Assembly (NCBI GenBank): GCA_018304635.1 | Contig: JAGVVW010000002.1 | Location: 1 to 56,175, forward strand | DNA length: 56,175 nucleotides | Direction: 5' to 3' | Origin: Candidatus Aenigmatarchaeota archaeon | Lineage (GTDB): Archaea > Aenigmatarchaeota > Aenigmatarchaeia > GW2011-AR5 > JACRMX01 | Shown: positions 36,393 to 46,451 of the stretch, piece after piece | Layout: each line of letters starts with the position of its first letter | How positions within the stretch are numbered: the first letter of the stretch is position 1 | Translations under genes and position numbers: made by a program | The notes under the pieces: generated by a model | Databases searched by the model: none | Told to the model about the DNA's origin: nothing | The model's input: the letters and a program-made list of their open reading frames with translations, nothing else

Positions 36393-37323
36393 ATGAAAAC
36401 ATCACATAAAATCTTTATATCAGTAATTATTATATCTACGAGTTTGTTAATAATATCATTAAATGCACCCAAAACCACGGAATTCCATAATATGGCAAAT
36501 AAAACAGTGGCTATTGAAATCAGAACATCTCCTGATTCATATATTGATGTCTATTCGGATACAAAGCTTACTGGATTCAATGGAACTGATTATAAAATAG
36601 AACTAATTTTTTACCCGAATCATAAGATGGAAACATACGTATACAACGTAAACAATTCTTTGATTAATTATAGCAAACAGGATTTTTCAGGCAGTTTTGA
36701 AAATTTCCATGTTTTATCAAAGAATGCAGTTGTCAATATATCCAATCCTGTTGTTTTTGTCGCTCTGGGTGATTCAAATACTATGGGTGTTCGCGAAGGA
36801 GTAGAGTTAGAAGACACGTGGCCATATAAATTAAGTCAAAAGAATAATGCTGTTGTTGTAAATAGCGGTCTTGGAGGAGATACGATATCCGGAGGCTTAA
36901 GAAGACTAGAAAAAGACGCTTTGAGCTTCAAGCCAGATTCTATTATAATATCATTCGGCCTTAACGATGCAATCTTCCTTGGTATAGATGATCCGAGAGT
37001 CAATAAAACCACATTTCAGTCCAATCTTGAAAGAATGATAAATAGAATTCAGGCAGATAATTCAACCGTAATTTTAACAACAACCACACCGATTAATAAA
37101 AATATTTTCTATAATAAAACAAAAATACCGGAATATTTTTACCAACACATTAATGCCCAGAATGTTTATGATGAATATAATGATATAATAAGAAATTTGG
37201 CAAAGAAAAGAAATGTATTTTTGGCTGATATACGAAAAAAATATCATGGATGATGGCATTCACTTAAACCCGGAAGGTCATACATTATATGCAGAAATTA
37301 TTAGTCAAAGTTTTGGAAGTTAG
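36393..37323 (+). pseudogene. Membrane-anchored SGNH/GDSL hydrolase interrupted by a frameshift at an A7 run
   Basis: Frame 1 (36393-37253) carries an N-terminal TM helix and blocks I VALGDSNTMG, II NSGLGGDT and III ISFGLNDA. It stops at TGA 37251. The catalytic block V, MDDGIHLNPEGHTLYAEIISQSFGS*, is in the +1 frame (37246-37323). Removing one A from A7 (37235-37241) joins them as ...FLADIRKNIMDDGIHLNPEGH. Confidence 0.6.
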
Positions 37324-37326
37324 AAC

Positions 37327-38784
37327 ATGTCTGAAAAAAAAAGGATGATAAAGGACGTTACTGGATATTCCATAAGCAGCATATTAACCCAGTTACTGAG
37401 CATTATCAGAGGTATTGTGGTTGCAAGATTTCTTGGTCCGGCACTCTATGGCATATTCAACCTGTTAAGAATTTTACTTGGCTACAGCCAGTATTCTCAA
37501 CTTGGAATGCTACCTGCAATGAGTAAAGAAATACCATACAGAAAAGGCCGTGGAGAACCAATAGAAAATATAAAAAATATCGTATTTACCATTACCCTTA
37601 TTATATCACTGATTATTGGTCTTGGTGTTATTGTTTTTTCCTTCCTGTTTAGCTCCATGTTCCCGGAAAGTTTAATATCAGGCCTTAGAATTGTGTCTGT
37701 TTTAATTTTATTGCAGCAGATATACTTTTTTTATTCAAATTACCTGAGAGCTGTTAAAGAGTTTATTTTCATAAGTATAATAGAAATCCTGATGACTGTG
37801 ATAAATTTTGCCCTTACGATTTTGTTTTTAATCTATGGCTTTAGCCTGAACGGTATCCTTGTAGCATTAATGATAAGCTATGTTGTTGTGATAATCTATA
37901 TAATCAGAAAAATGAAAATTCCTTTAAAATTATATTTTGAAAAAATCCAGGCTTTTGTGCTTCTGCGCAACGGGCTTCCGTTATTATTGATAGGAATTGG
38001 AAATATTTGTCTGGACAGCATAGACAAACTCATGATAGCAGGATTTTATGGAACAAATGAACTTGGCCTTTATAGTATCTCAGCAATGATCATAGCATTC
38101 ATGTTAAGCTTTTCTTCTTCAGCGGGTTCTGTGATGTTCCCGAGTATGATGGAACAATATGGTAAAAGAAGGAATGAAGAAGACTTAAAAAACTATCTTA
38201 TGAAGCCTCTTGTCATAATCTCATGCGCCACAGCTATATTAATAGGAATTGTTTTCATAGCTATTCCTATGGCTGTTCAGGTTTTTCTTCCAAAATATAT
38301 TTTAGGTGTCGACGCTATCAGAATAGTGATTTTCAGCACGTTCTTTATAGCTATTACAAGTATACTGGGAAATTACATGATAGCTGTAAATAAAGAACGA
38401 ATAGTAATAGCAATTCAGTTTATCAGCATAGGACTGACAATAACACTTAATTATATCACAATTATGCTTGGATACGGATTAACTGGAATTGCAATGGCAA
38501 CAGTTGCCACATTTGCCTTTTATTCAACATGCATTCTGTTCATATCGTTGAGAAAACAACCTGATATGATAAAGATCATTTCAAAGCTTTATTTTCCGCT
38601 GGTGTATGTCATCGGTTTAGTTGTAATAATGGAAAAACTTATTAATCCCGGGAATTTGATATGGACAATTTCAGAACTTGGAATATTCGCAATCCTCTGT
38701 TTGCCGTTGATTATATACATAAACAGGGAAACTTCAGTAATATCTGAAATGTTTAGCATGGCTAAAAAACGTATTAAAATATGA
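37327..38784 (+). CDS. MOP-superfamily oligosaccharide flippase (Wzx/AglR-like polysaccharide biosynthesis protein)
   Basis: 485 aa with about 12-14 hydrophobic segments. It has the typical N-terminal SSILTQLLSIIRGIVVARFLGPALYG pattern of Wzx-type proteins. Confidence 0.75.
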   Translation: MSEKKRMIKDVTGYSISSILTQLLSIIRGIVVARFLGPALYGIFNLLRILLGYSQYSQLGMLPAMSKEIPYRKGRGEPIENIKNIVFTITLIISLIIGLGVIVFSFLFSSMFPESLISGLRIVSVLILLQQIYFFYSNYLRAVKEFIFISIIEILMTVINFALTILFLIYGFSLNGILVALMISYVVVIIYIIRKMKIPLKLYFEKIQAFVLLRNGLPLLLIGIGNICLDSIDKLMIAGFYGTNELGLYSISAMIIAFMLSFSSSAGSVMFPSMMEQYGKRRNEEDLKNYLMKPLVIISCATAILIGIVFIAIPMAVQVFLPKYILGVDAIRIVIFSTFFIAITSILGNYMIAVNKERIVIAIQFISIGLTITLNYITIMLGYGLTGIAMATVATFAFYSTCILFISLRKQPDMIKIISKLYFPLVYVIGLVVIMEKLINPGNLIWTISELGIFAILCLPLIIYINRETSVISEMFSMAKKRIKI

Positions 38785-38800
38785 GTTCATTAATAAAACA

Positions 38801-39886
38801 ATGAAGCTGGTATATGAATCTTTCGGAAGCTGGAAATTCCAGGATAATTCCAGAGCTCATCTGATTTTGAGAAACATGAAAAAATTTGACGATATTACAG
38901 TAATAGACGGACCTGCAGACATAACCAAACCAACAAAAAAATTCGTCAAGTACATCATTGAGGACTCACTGCCATATAAATTTTTATTAAAATCTTATAC
39001 TGAAAGTAACGGGATTAAAGTAAAAAACAGGCCTCTTATTTTTCAGAAACACGGCCTTCCGTGGACAGCAATCAATTCCTTTGTAACAAAAAAAAGAGTC
39101 CTGAGAGAAAATCCCGATGTGTATGTAATAAATCATCCCTTAAATAATTCATGGCTGCTTAATACAAAAACAGATTTCACAACAGTTTTTGATGTGAGAG
39201 ATTGGATACCTGGATATTATTATAGGACAGAAAGAGATAAAGTTAGTAAACTTTTCATCAAAATGCTGAAAAGTGTTGACAAAGTAATAACTGTATCAAA
39301 ACCATTGGTTGAATGGATAGAGAAAGAATCTGGAGTAACAGCAAATCTTATTCATACGCCTGTAAATTTGGATAATTTTAAAAATGCCAGACCTCTTGTT
39401 AAATCCAGTAGACCTATTGTAGGAGCTATTGGTTGTACATATAAAGAATGGTTTAGAGTGGACATTCTCGATGAAATTACGAATTTAATGAAAGATTTTA
39501 CTTTTCTGTATGTTGGACCAAGTGATTATAATTTCAAACCAAGAGACAATGTCATAATGACAGGTAGAGTACCCTTCAAAGACGTCAAAAATTACATAGC
39601 TTCTATGGATATATGTTTAATGCCATTTAAAACATATGATTTTTATACAAGTTGTGCATGCCCTGTAAAGTTTTTTGAATATGCAGCACTCGGGAAGCCA
39701 ATGGTTTCTACAAACTTACCAGGAATTCTGGATGTTACAAAAGAAGTATTTATTGCCAATACATCTGAAGAATTTGTCACAGCAATAAGAAAAGCTGTTA
39801 AAAGAGGCACCAAACCATATCCGTGGATAAAAAATTATGATTGTAAAGTAATTGTTAAAAAGTATGAGGATTTTTTGTTAAATTAG
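38801..39886 (+). CDS. GT-B glycosyltransferase (GT1/GT4-like)
   Basis: The C-terminal sugar-donor domain pattern is ...MTGRVPFKDVKNYIASMDICLMPF...PVKFFEYAALGKPMVSTNLPG. Confidence 0.7.
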   Translation: MKLVYESFGSWKFQDNSRAHLILRNMKKFDDITVIDGPADITKPTKKFVKYIIEDSLPYKFLLKSYTESNGIKVKNRPLIFQKHGLPWTAINSFVTKKRVLRENPDVYVINHPLNNSWLLNTKTDFTTVFDVRDWIPGYYYRTERDKVSKLFIKMLKSVDKVITVSKPLVEWIEKESGVTANLIHTPVNLDNFKNARPLVKSSRPIVGAIGCTYKEWFRVDILDEITNLMKDFTFLYVGPSDYNFKPRDNVIMTGRVPFKDVKNYIASMDICLMPFKTYDFYTSCACPVKFFEYAALGKPMVSTNLPGILDVTKEVFIANTSEEFVTAIRKAVKRGTKPYPWIKNYDCKVIVKKYEDFLLN

Positions 39887-39889
39887 GAT

Positions 39890-40564
39890 GTGATACGATT
39901 GCATAAATATGAAGAAATCTATTTTTCTGAAAGGCGTGATTTTCCTGCAAGATGGAATTTTTGGGCTGATTTTTGCAGAAAACATTCCAGTGGAAAATTA
40001 TTGGATGTCGGCTGCGCCTACGGGCATTTTCTCAGAAAAGCTGAAAAATATTTTGAAACATACGGCACTGATATATCAAAACATGCTATAAACACGGCAA
40101 AAACCACAGCCCCAGAAACCAGGTTTTTTATTCAGGACGCTGAAAAATTGAACTTTGACGATGATTTTTTCAATATCATAACACTTTTTGATATTTTAGA
40201 ACATCTCGAAAATCCGGAAAAATGCCTGAACAAGTGCAGAAAAATCGCTAAAAATAAGGCGCTTGTAATAATTTCTGTTCCAAATATATCAGATAAAAAA
40301 GATGAAGAAAAATGGAAAGTCCTTGATAACACACACAGGTCTTTATTGTATAGGAAAGAATGGATAAAACTTATTGGAAATTACATTAAAATAGAATCTG
40401 TAAATTCAGATGGATTTTACAATAAAAAGATTCATCTCCTACCTGGAAGTCTTAATAAAATGATAGTTTGCATTCCCGGGCTTTTGCAATACAGGATAAA
40501 GAAACTCTTTATTCCGCCTATGGGTGAAAACCTTATAATCATTGGAAGAATGGTGAAACTATGA
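39890..40564 (+). CDS. Class I SAM-dependent methyltransferase
   Basis: Motif I LLDVGCAYGHF, then TYGTDIS, NIITLFDILEHL. It has a GTG start. Confidence 0.75.
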   Translation: MIRLHKYEEIYFSERRDFPARWNFWADFCRKHSSGKLLDVGCAYGHFLRKAEKYFETYGTDISKHAINTAKTTAPETRFFIQDAEKLNFDDDFFNIITLFDILEHLENPEKCLNKCRKIAKNKALVIISVPNISDKKDEEKWKVLDNTHRSLLYRKEWIKLIGNYIKIESVNSDGFYNKKIHLLPGSLNKMIVCIPGLLQYRIKKLFIPPMGENLIIIGRMVKL

Positions 40565-42267
40565 AAAATGCGTTATTGGTTGTATTTTTACTCGCTCTTA
40601 TTATCAGGCTTGCTCCGGGAATAATCTCGGGGTTTCCGGCAGGCGTGGATTCCTATGCACATGCTGTAATAGCAAATGAATTTATTGAAACAAACAGCAT
40701 ACCAATGAGGAATTCAGATGAATACAGACTTTATCCGATGATATATCACGAAGTTGTTGCATCGCTTTCCATTGTTTCAGACACCTCTGTTCTTTTGTGG
40801 CAGATATTTCTGCCTTCATTTATAACAGCATTGACGTGTGTTCTGATATATTTATTATTAAAGCAGAATACCAGAAAAGAAATAGTCAGTCTGGCTGGAG
40901 CATTGTTTTTTGCATTTTCACCGGGAAACATATTATTCTCAGCAAGCGCAGGCATGCCGCAGGTTTTTGGTATTTTCCTATTTTTGCTGATTTTTTATAT
41001 ATTTCTATCCAAAATCGGGTTTACTGAAAAAGCTATTCTGATATTTATTTTATCACTTACCCTTGCTGCAACCCATGTCAGCTCTTCCATGCTTTTCTTG
41101 ATTGTTATTCAGGGGATTTTTTTTATTTTGTTGATTTTTATCTTTCTGGGCTACCCGAAAGTCAGGGCTTCGTATAAATTGATTTTGCTTATTATATCGT
41201 ATATCGGAATTATATTCAGTCATCTTATTTTCAACAATGTCTACAAATATTATATAGGAACAAGCTACTATGCTGCATACTTTACACTATCAGATATAGC
41301 TATTAAGGTATTGATTACATCCTCACCATTTATAGCACTTTTGTTTTTGTATATTTATTTAGCCAATAAAAACATGTGGATTGAAAAAATTAATAAAACA
41401 GCCTCTAATAGATATATAATTTACATTACAGCCATTTCCATAATAGCCATATTTACATCATTAACATTCATTTTTTTTGAACCAAAACCAACAGAATATT
41501 ACCTCACAACTCCTTTATGGTATTTCCCGATATTTGCAGGAATAACAGCAACCATTCTTTCGTATTTTGGAATATATTATGCTCTAAAAAAACATGATTT
41601 ATTTTCCACATTTCTTATAGTATTGCTCTTTCTGAGCTTTTTAATTGCTTTTGCCGGAAAAGGAAATATACGCGAGATGACATTCATAGGACTGCCAATA
41701 TCAATGCTTGGTGCTTTAGGAACTGAATATATTCTATTTATAATAAATAAGTTTATCAGGAGGACTCTCATTATTATCGGAATTATACTAATGGTAATTC
41801 CGGCAATACTTGCAACATCCTATATGACAGTAAACTGGCTAAATAGTGAAGAACGCGACGCCCTGATTTATCTCAATAAAATATCCTATATAAATGAAAG
41901 CGTTGCATGTATCAGCTCATGCCAGTATATTGATTATTTTTTGAATGGAACATCCAGAGATATAATCAACACTGAAGTCTTTGCCACAACGAATATGTCT
42001 AAAAAAGTTGATATAATTAGAAATTATAACATTACGTATTTGTTTCTTGATAAAAGGGATAAGATGATATTTATTAGATCAAAAATGACACCAGTTGAAA
42101 GAGGACTGAATATTGTTTTTGGTTACATGCCAGAACGATTAGAAAACATAACATGTGTTGAAGGGCTATGTAATTTAAACGAAGTAAAATTTTTGTACCA
42201 GATATATGACAAAGATGGGATAGAAATATATAAGGTTAGAAAATCCTATCCATTTTTAGCAACTTAG
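40561..42267 (+). CDS. Large polytopic membrane protein, GT-C-like (first-loop Asp motif), unknown specificity
   Basis: 568 aa with more than 10 hydrophobic segments. The first predicted external loop reads GFPAGVDSYAHAVIANEF, followed by a C-terminal soluble region of about 150 aa. No WWDYG oligosaccharyltransferase motif was found. Confidence 0.5.
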   Translation: MKNALLVVFLLALIIRLAPGIISGFPAGVDSYAHAVIANEFIETNSIPMRNSDEYRLYPMIYHEVVASLSIVSDTSVLLWQIFLPSFITALTCVLIYLLLKQNTRKEIVSLAGALFFAFSPGNILFSASAGMPQVFGIFLFLLIFYIFLSKIGFTEKAILIFILSLTLAATHVSSSMLFLIVIQGIFFILLIFIFLGYPKVRASYKLILLIISYIGIIFSHLIFNNVYKYYIGTSYYAAYFTLSDIAIKVLITSSPFIALLFLYIYLANKNMWIEKINKTASNRYIIYITAISIIAIFTSLTFIFFEPKPTEYYLTTPLWYFPIFAGITATILSYFGIYYALKKHDLFSTFLIVLLFLSFLIAFAGKGNIREMTFIGLPISMLGALGTEYILFIINKFIRRTLIIIGIILMVIPAILATSYMTVNWLNSEERDALIYLNKISYINESVACISSCQYIDYFLNGTSRDIINTEVFATTNMSKKVDIIRNYNITYLFLDKRDKMIFIRSKMTPVERGLNIVFGYMPERLENITCVEGLCNLNEVKFLYQIYDKDGIEIYKVRKSYPFLAT

Positions 42268-42351
42268 ATCCGGCATTTTATTTGCAACATAAAAGGAAAA
42301 CGATCTTTCAAGCGATTCTAACATATGCAGTTTAAAATGACTTCAAACCAT

Positions 42352-43011
42352 TTATGATGTAGCCATTTTCTGAATTTCAACCAGCCACAGGTATGAAAAC
42401 CTTTTTAGAAACCACGGATTTTTAATTCCAATAGAATATTTTCCGCGGCTGAAAGACAAACCTGCGAAAAAACCATCAATATAATTTATTTTAAAGTTAT
42501 TTCTTAGCATCAGTTCGCGGAGTTCTGACTCACTATATTCTCTAAAATGTATGCTATTACCACCCAGATCATGAGGAAACGTAACTGGCCTGCCGATAAT
42601 TTTTCTTATAACAGATGACAGCCTGTTTTTGTTTGGAGTTGTCAAAAAAGCAGTTCCACCAGGCTTCAATACACGATAGATTTCAGCCAGGAATCTACCA
42701 TCATCAGTAACGTGCTCTATTACATCTGTTGTTATAACACGATCAAAATAATTTCTTTCAAATGGAAGATTTAATGCATCAGCAACCTTGAACTCGACCT
42801 GGGTAAGGTGTTTGAATTTTACTTTATTTTTATCAATCTGTTCTTTATCCATATCAACAGCGGTTATCTCGTTGTTATTTTTACATAATTTTATGGTATT
42901 ATTAAAAGTGCCGCAACCTATGTCCAGAATCCTGCCATGAAATTCAGATATTTTCTTAAGGATTACCTTGTTACGGTGAACACCGTATGGATTCAGAATA
43001 TTCCATGTCAC
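42352..43011 (-). CDS. Class I SAM-dependent methyltransferase
   Basis: Motif I ILDIGCGTFNN, then ITAVDMD, RVITTDVIEHV and LKPGGTAFLTTP. Confidence 0.8.
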   Translation of the reverse strand: MTWNILNPYGVHRNKVILKKISEFHGRILDIGCGTFNNTIKLCKNNNEITAVDMDKEQIDKNKVKFKHLTQVEFKVADALNLPFERNYFDRVITTDVIEHVTDDGRFLAEIYRVLKPGGTAFLTTPNKNRLSSVIRKIIGRPVTFPHDLGGNSIHFREYSESELRELMLRNNFKINYIDGFFAGLSFSRGKYSIGIKNPWFLKRFSYLWLVEIQKMATS

Positions 43012-43020
43012 TTTTACACC

Positions 43021-44112
43021 TCACAGACTTTCATACAGTTCTTCGGTTTTTTTTGCAACAAATTCCCATGTATAATTACTTTCAATAAAACTTCTTGAAT
43101 CTACTTTTTGATTCAGATTTTTCTCAATTAAGATTGATAATTCATTTTCGTTTTTAAACATTTCACAAAATTCATCCGGTAAATCAGGTGCTATACCAAC
43201 AGGTGTCGCCAAAACTTTTGTATTACAGGCCAGTGCCTCAATAAGAGTTATTCCAAAGCCTTCTCTTTGTGATGGAGATACATAAACACCTGCCTGCATT
43301 AGGGCTGATATTTTATCCGGTTCAGATATCTGTCCGACAAATATGATATCAACATTTTTTTGTATAGCTATTTTTTTTAGCTGTTCAGCATCACCCCAGT
43401 CTTTGCCAGCTATCACAATGATAGGCTTTTCATCAAGTTTTGAAACAGCTTTGATAATCATATCAAATCTCTTATATCTCGAAATTCTGCCTATTGACAG
43501 AATAAAATCCCCGTCAATGTCATATTTTAGTTTGAAGTTTGATGTTTTTTTAAGGCTATACTTTTTTATATCAACCCCACACGGTATGTGACAAACCGTA
43601 CCGCCAAATTTGTCAAAAAATTCTTTTTGAAGCTTTGTTACTGCAATAACCGTGGAATTTTTTATTATTTTTCTGCCATTAGTCTTGTTGTAAAATGCCT
43701 CTATAACATTTTTTGGGAACTGCGTATGGTAAAATTCATATGGCGTTATAACAATTGGCAGATTTTTATTTTTGGCTACTGAAAACGCAGCTAATACAGC
43801 ATGGCTTCCCCAGCCATGGCCATGAATAATATCAGCACCAGCAGAATTTAGATATTCTCTAAGCTCTTTGGAATAGCAATAACCTCCAATATGATGAAAT
43901 GGAAATCGTCTTATATTAACATTATCAATTTTCTCTATATCATGATCTGAAAATAGTTTTGTTGCTATAATTTCATCTATTGATTTTATTCTAACCGCCA
44001 GATTATAGATATGTTCCTCAATTCCACCCATCGGATAAACAAAATTCCTGGTCACTGATTTTACTATCATAAATAATTTCAACTCTTCTTTACAGACATT
44101 CTCGCGTTCCAT
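43021..44112 (-). CDS. GT4-family glycosyltransferase
   Basis: HGHGWGSH..., GRISRYKRFD, and the E-x7-E region SPSQREGFGITLIEALACNTKVLATPVG. The likely start is Met at 44070 (MIVKSV), which removes the overlap with the upstream gene. Confidence 0.8.
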   Translation of the reverse strand: MERENVCKEELKLFMIVKSVTRNFVYPMGGIEEHIYNLAVRIKSIDEIIATKLFSDHDIEKIDNVNIRRFPFHHIGGYCYSKELREYLNSAGADIIHGHGWGSHAVLAAFSVAKNKNLPIVITPYEFYHTQFPKNVIEAFYNKTNGRKIIKNSTVIAVTKLQKEFFDKFGGTVCHIPCGVDIKKYSLKKTSNFKLKYDIDGDFILSIGRISRYKRFDMIIKAVSKLDEKPIIVIAGKDWGDAEQLKKIAIQKNVDIIFVGQISEPDKISALMQAGVYVSPSQREGFGITLIEALACNTKVLATPVGIAPDLPDEFCEMFKNENELSILIEKNLNQKVDSRSFIESNYTWEFVAKKTEELYESL

Positions 44113-45035
44113 CCGGATTTTCCTTCTTTTATTGCACTTAACTGTGTAATTGGTGCAAAACTTCTGAACATAAGAGACCTGAGCAAAACATCGTTATACT
44201 GTCTCAAAACAAATCTCTGCCATTCCAGTTTCTTTCCCTGATATAGATTTTTCATATAAAAATATGTATGATTTCTATAGTACCAGTAGCACCATTTTTT
44301 AATATCCATTGCAGAAACATTGCCACCAGCATTACTTTCCTTGTGATATAACGATGCTTTTGGATTAAACAAAATTTTCATTCCTAGTTTTTTAATTCGC
44401 GGCCCAAAATCAGTTTCTTCCCTGTAACCGTTACCGCCATAGAATTCATCATAGCCACCTATACGCTTCAAAACATCTGCTCTTATTGACATGTTAGCTC
44501 CAGGCAGACAATCAACCCCCTCCACCTGTTTTTTATACGGACTAAAATTTGAAATAACCTCACCGCTTGAAAGTATCTTACCTGTTACATTTCTCCTCAT
44601 TTTAAACCAGATTTTTCTCATGATACCGGTGCTATAAGGTTTTATTTCGCTGCCACCAACAGCTGCTATATCTTTATCTTTATAGCACCTCATTAATTCA
44701 GACAACCAATTCGGCTCAACAACAACGTCATCATCTATAAAAACAATAACTTCACCACGTGCTTTTTCTATTCCTTTATTTTTAGCACCAGCAGCACCAA
44801 GTTTTTGGGGATAAAAAAAAGAACGTATTGGCAAATCCTTAAAATCACCAAGAACCAGCTTAACTGCTTTATCGTCTTTATTTCCATTGGCTATGACAAT
44901 TATTTCATATTTATTGTTATATTTCAAATTTCTAAAAGATAAGAGGCAATTTCGGAGTTCATTGTATCTTTCATGAGTTGGTATAACTATTGACGCTATC
45001 ATTATAATCTTTTTTTCATAAAGCATAAAAAACAA
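44079..45035 (-). CDS. GT2-family glycosyltransferase
   Basis: ASIVIPTHERYNELRNCL, GAAGAKNKG and VIVFIDDDVVV (DxD). The likely start is the internal Met at 45002 (MIASIVIPT). Confidence 0.8.
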   Translation of the reverse strand: MFFMLYEKKIIMIASIVIPTHERYNELRNCLLSFRNLKYNNKYEIIVIANGNKDDKAVKLVLGDFKDLPIRSFFYPQKLGAAGAKNKGIEKARGEVIVFIDDDVVVEPNWLSELMRCYKDKDIAAVGGSEIKPYSTGIMRKIWFKMRRNVTGKILSSGEVISNFSPYKKQVEGVDCLPGANMSIRADVLKRIGGYDEFYGGNGYREETDFGPRIKKLGMKILFNPKASLYHKESNAGGNVSAMDIKKWCYWYYRNHTYFYMKNLYQGKKLEWQRFVLRQYNDVLLRSLMFRSFAPITQLSAIKEGKSGWNARMSVKKS

Positions 45036-45052
45036 GAATCCTATAATTAATA

Positions 45053-46399
45053 ATGAAAAAACCTGATATATATTTTATTGGCATTCTTGCTATAAGCATA
45101 GTAGTATTAGTTCCTGTTTCTTTTACCAATCAGGGTTATTTCTGGGACGAAGGAGCATATATATCAAGTGCCTTGGCATTATCAGGAAAAGAAAATTACA
45201 ACATATTCACTGATCGTTACCCTTTGATATCCTACGTAACAGCTTTTGGCTTTGTATTAGGAGCAGATCTCGTAACAATAAACATAATTCCAGCATTGAT
45301 TGCAATAGGTTCTGTGTGCATGATATATTTATTAGGATCATTGTTATTTGATCGCAAAACAGGGTTTCTTGCTGCATTGTTCACGACATTTTCATGGTAT
45401 TTCTGGGGCGTGGCTGCAAATATTCTAAGCGACACTATTTCGCTTTTATTTTTCATAACATGCATTTACTTTTTCATGAGATTTTTCAAAACAAAAAGCA
45501 AAATTAATGCAGTCATATCAGGAATTTCACTGGGTATTGCATTTATGGCCAGATCACAGACAATGCTGGCAATACCTATAATATTTTTATTTATCACATT
45601 CATCTGGATTTTGGAAAAAAGGGATTATAAAAAAAATCTGGTTGGTTTGATTATTTTAACATTCATGTCTCTGGTTGTTATATATTTGGAAACTGTTTTC
45701 ACGTGGTTTGATTTTGAACATATTCCAGCTGCAATAACACTGAGCAGCTCACCTGTTGATTTTGACATTATAAGCAACATAACAAAATGGATCCCAAAAA
45801 CTGTCTATTATTTTTCATTTGTTCCAGTAATTTTAGTATTATATTATATAATACTAACTGTGAAAAAAATAGATGAAAATTTCTTACTTCTTTTAATAGG
45901 CCTGTTCGCGACAACGCTTCCTTTTGTTCTGTTCACCAACTGGACTGAATCCCGGTTTTTGTTACTGGCAGTGCCGTTTATTTTTATCATGGCTGCGAAA
46001 TCCATATTTATAATAAAGGAAAAATACAGCTGGAAAATTTTCTATCTGGTCTTGGCAATAGCTTTGTTATCACTTGTTATCAAGCCATCATCTACTGGAA
46101 TTGAAACAGGATGGGACAACCTACAGCGTATCAACAAACCGAATACTGAATTTATAGAATTATGCAACATTGTAAAACAAAACAGCAATGAAAATGAAAC
46201 AATAGGCGTCACATCTATGGCACATCCTGCGATAAATATTCATTGCGAAAGGAAAATTGAATACGCAGATTTAAAGAATCCAGAAAGATTAAAGAATCTT
46301 TCAATAATAATCGATATAACAGAAAATAGAGTGGAGAATATAACAGATTACGACCTGATAGGAATTTCAGGAAGTTATGAAATATACAAAAGAAATTGA
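45053..46399 (+). CDS. GT-C glycosyltransferase, ArnT/PMT_2 (GT39/83-like)
   Basis: Polytopic. The first loop NQGYFWDEGAYISSALAL carries the DE motif typical of the family. It is followed by many TM segments and a C-terminal soluble tail. Confidence 0.7.
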   Translation: MKKPDIYFIGILAISIVVLVPVSFTNQGYFWDEGAYISSALALSGKENYNIFTDRYPLISYVTAFGFVLGADLVTINIIPALIAIGSVCMIYLLGSLLFDRKTGFLAALFTTFSWYFWGVAANILSDTISLLFFITCIYFFMRFFKTKSKINAVISGISLGIAFMARSQTMLAIPIIFLFITFIWILEKRDYKKNLVGLIILTFMSLVVIYLETVFTWFDFEHIPAAITLSSSPVDFDIISNITKWIPKTVYYFSFVPVILVLYYIILTVKKIDENFLLLLIGLFATTLPFVLFTNWTESRFLLLAVPFIFIMAAKSIFIIKEKYSWKIFYLVLAIALLSLVIKPSSTGIETGWDNLQRINKPNTEFIELCNIVKQNSNENETIGVTSMAHPAINIHCERKIEYADLKNPERLKNLSIIIDITENRVENITDYDLIGISGSYEIYKRN

Positions 46400-46451
46400 G
46401 ATGGTTGTAGTAATTATGTCATTCATTATAGTTAGCCCTGACGCTTTCCAT

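Noticed and set aside
40561-42267. Possible AglB/STT3 oligosaccharyltransferase, given its size, topology and the acidic first loop VDSYAHAV.
   Set aside because: No WWDYG/WWDxG motif or DK/MI motif is visible in the C-terminal soluble region, so the OST call is unsupported. It is kept as a generic GT-C-like protein.
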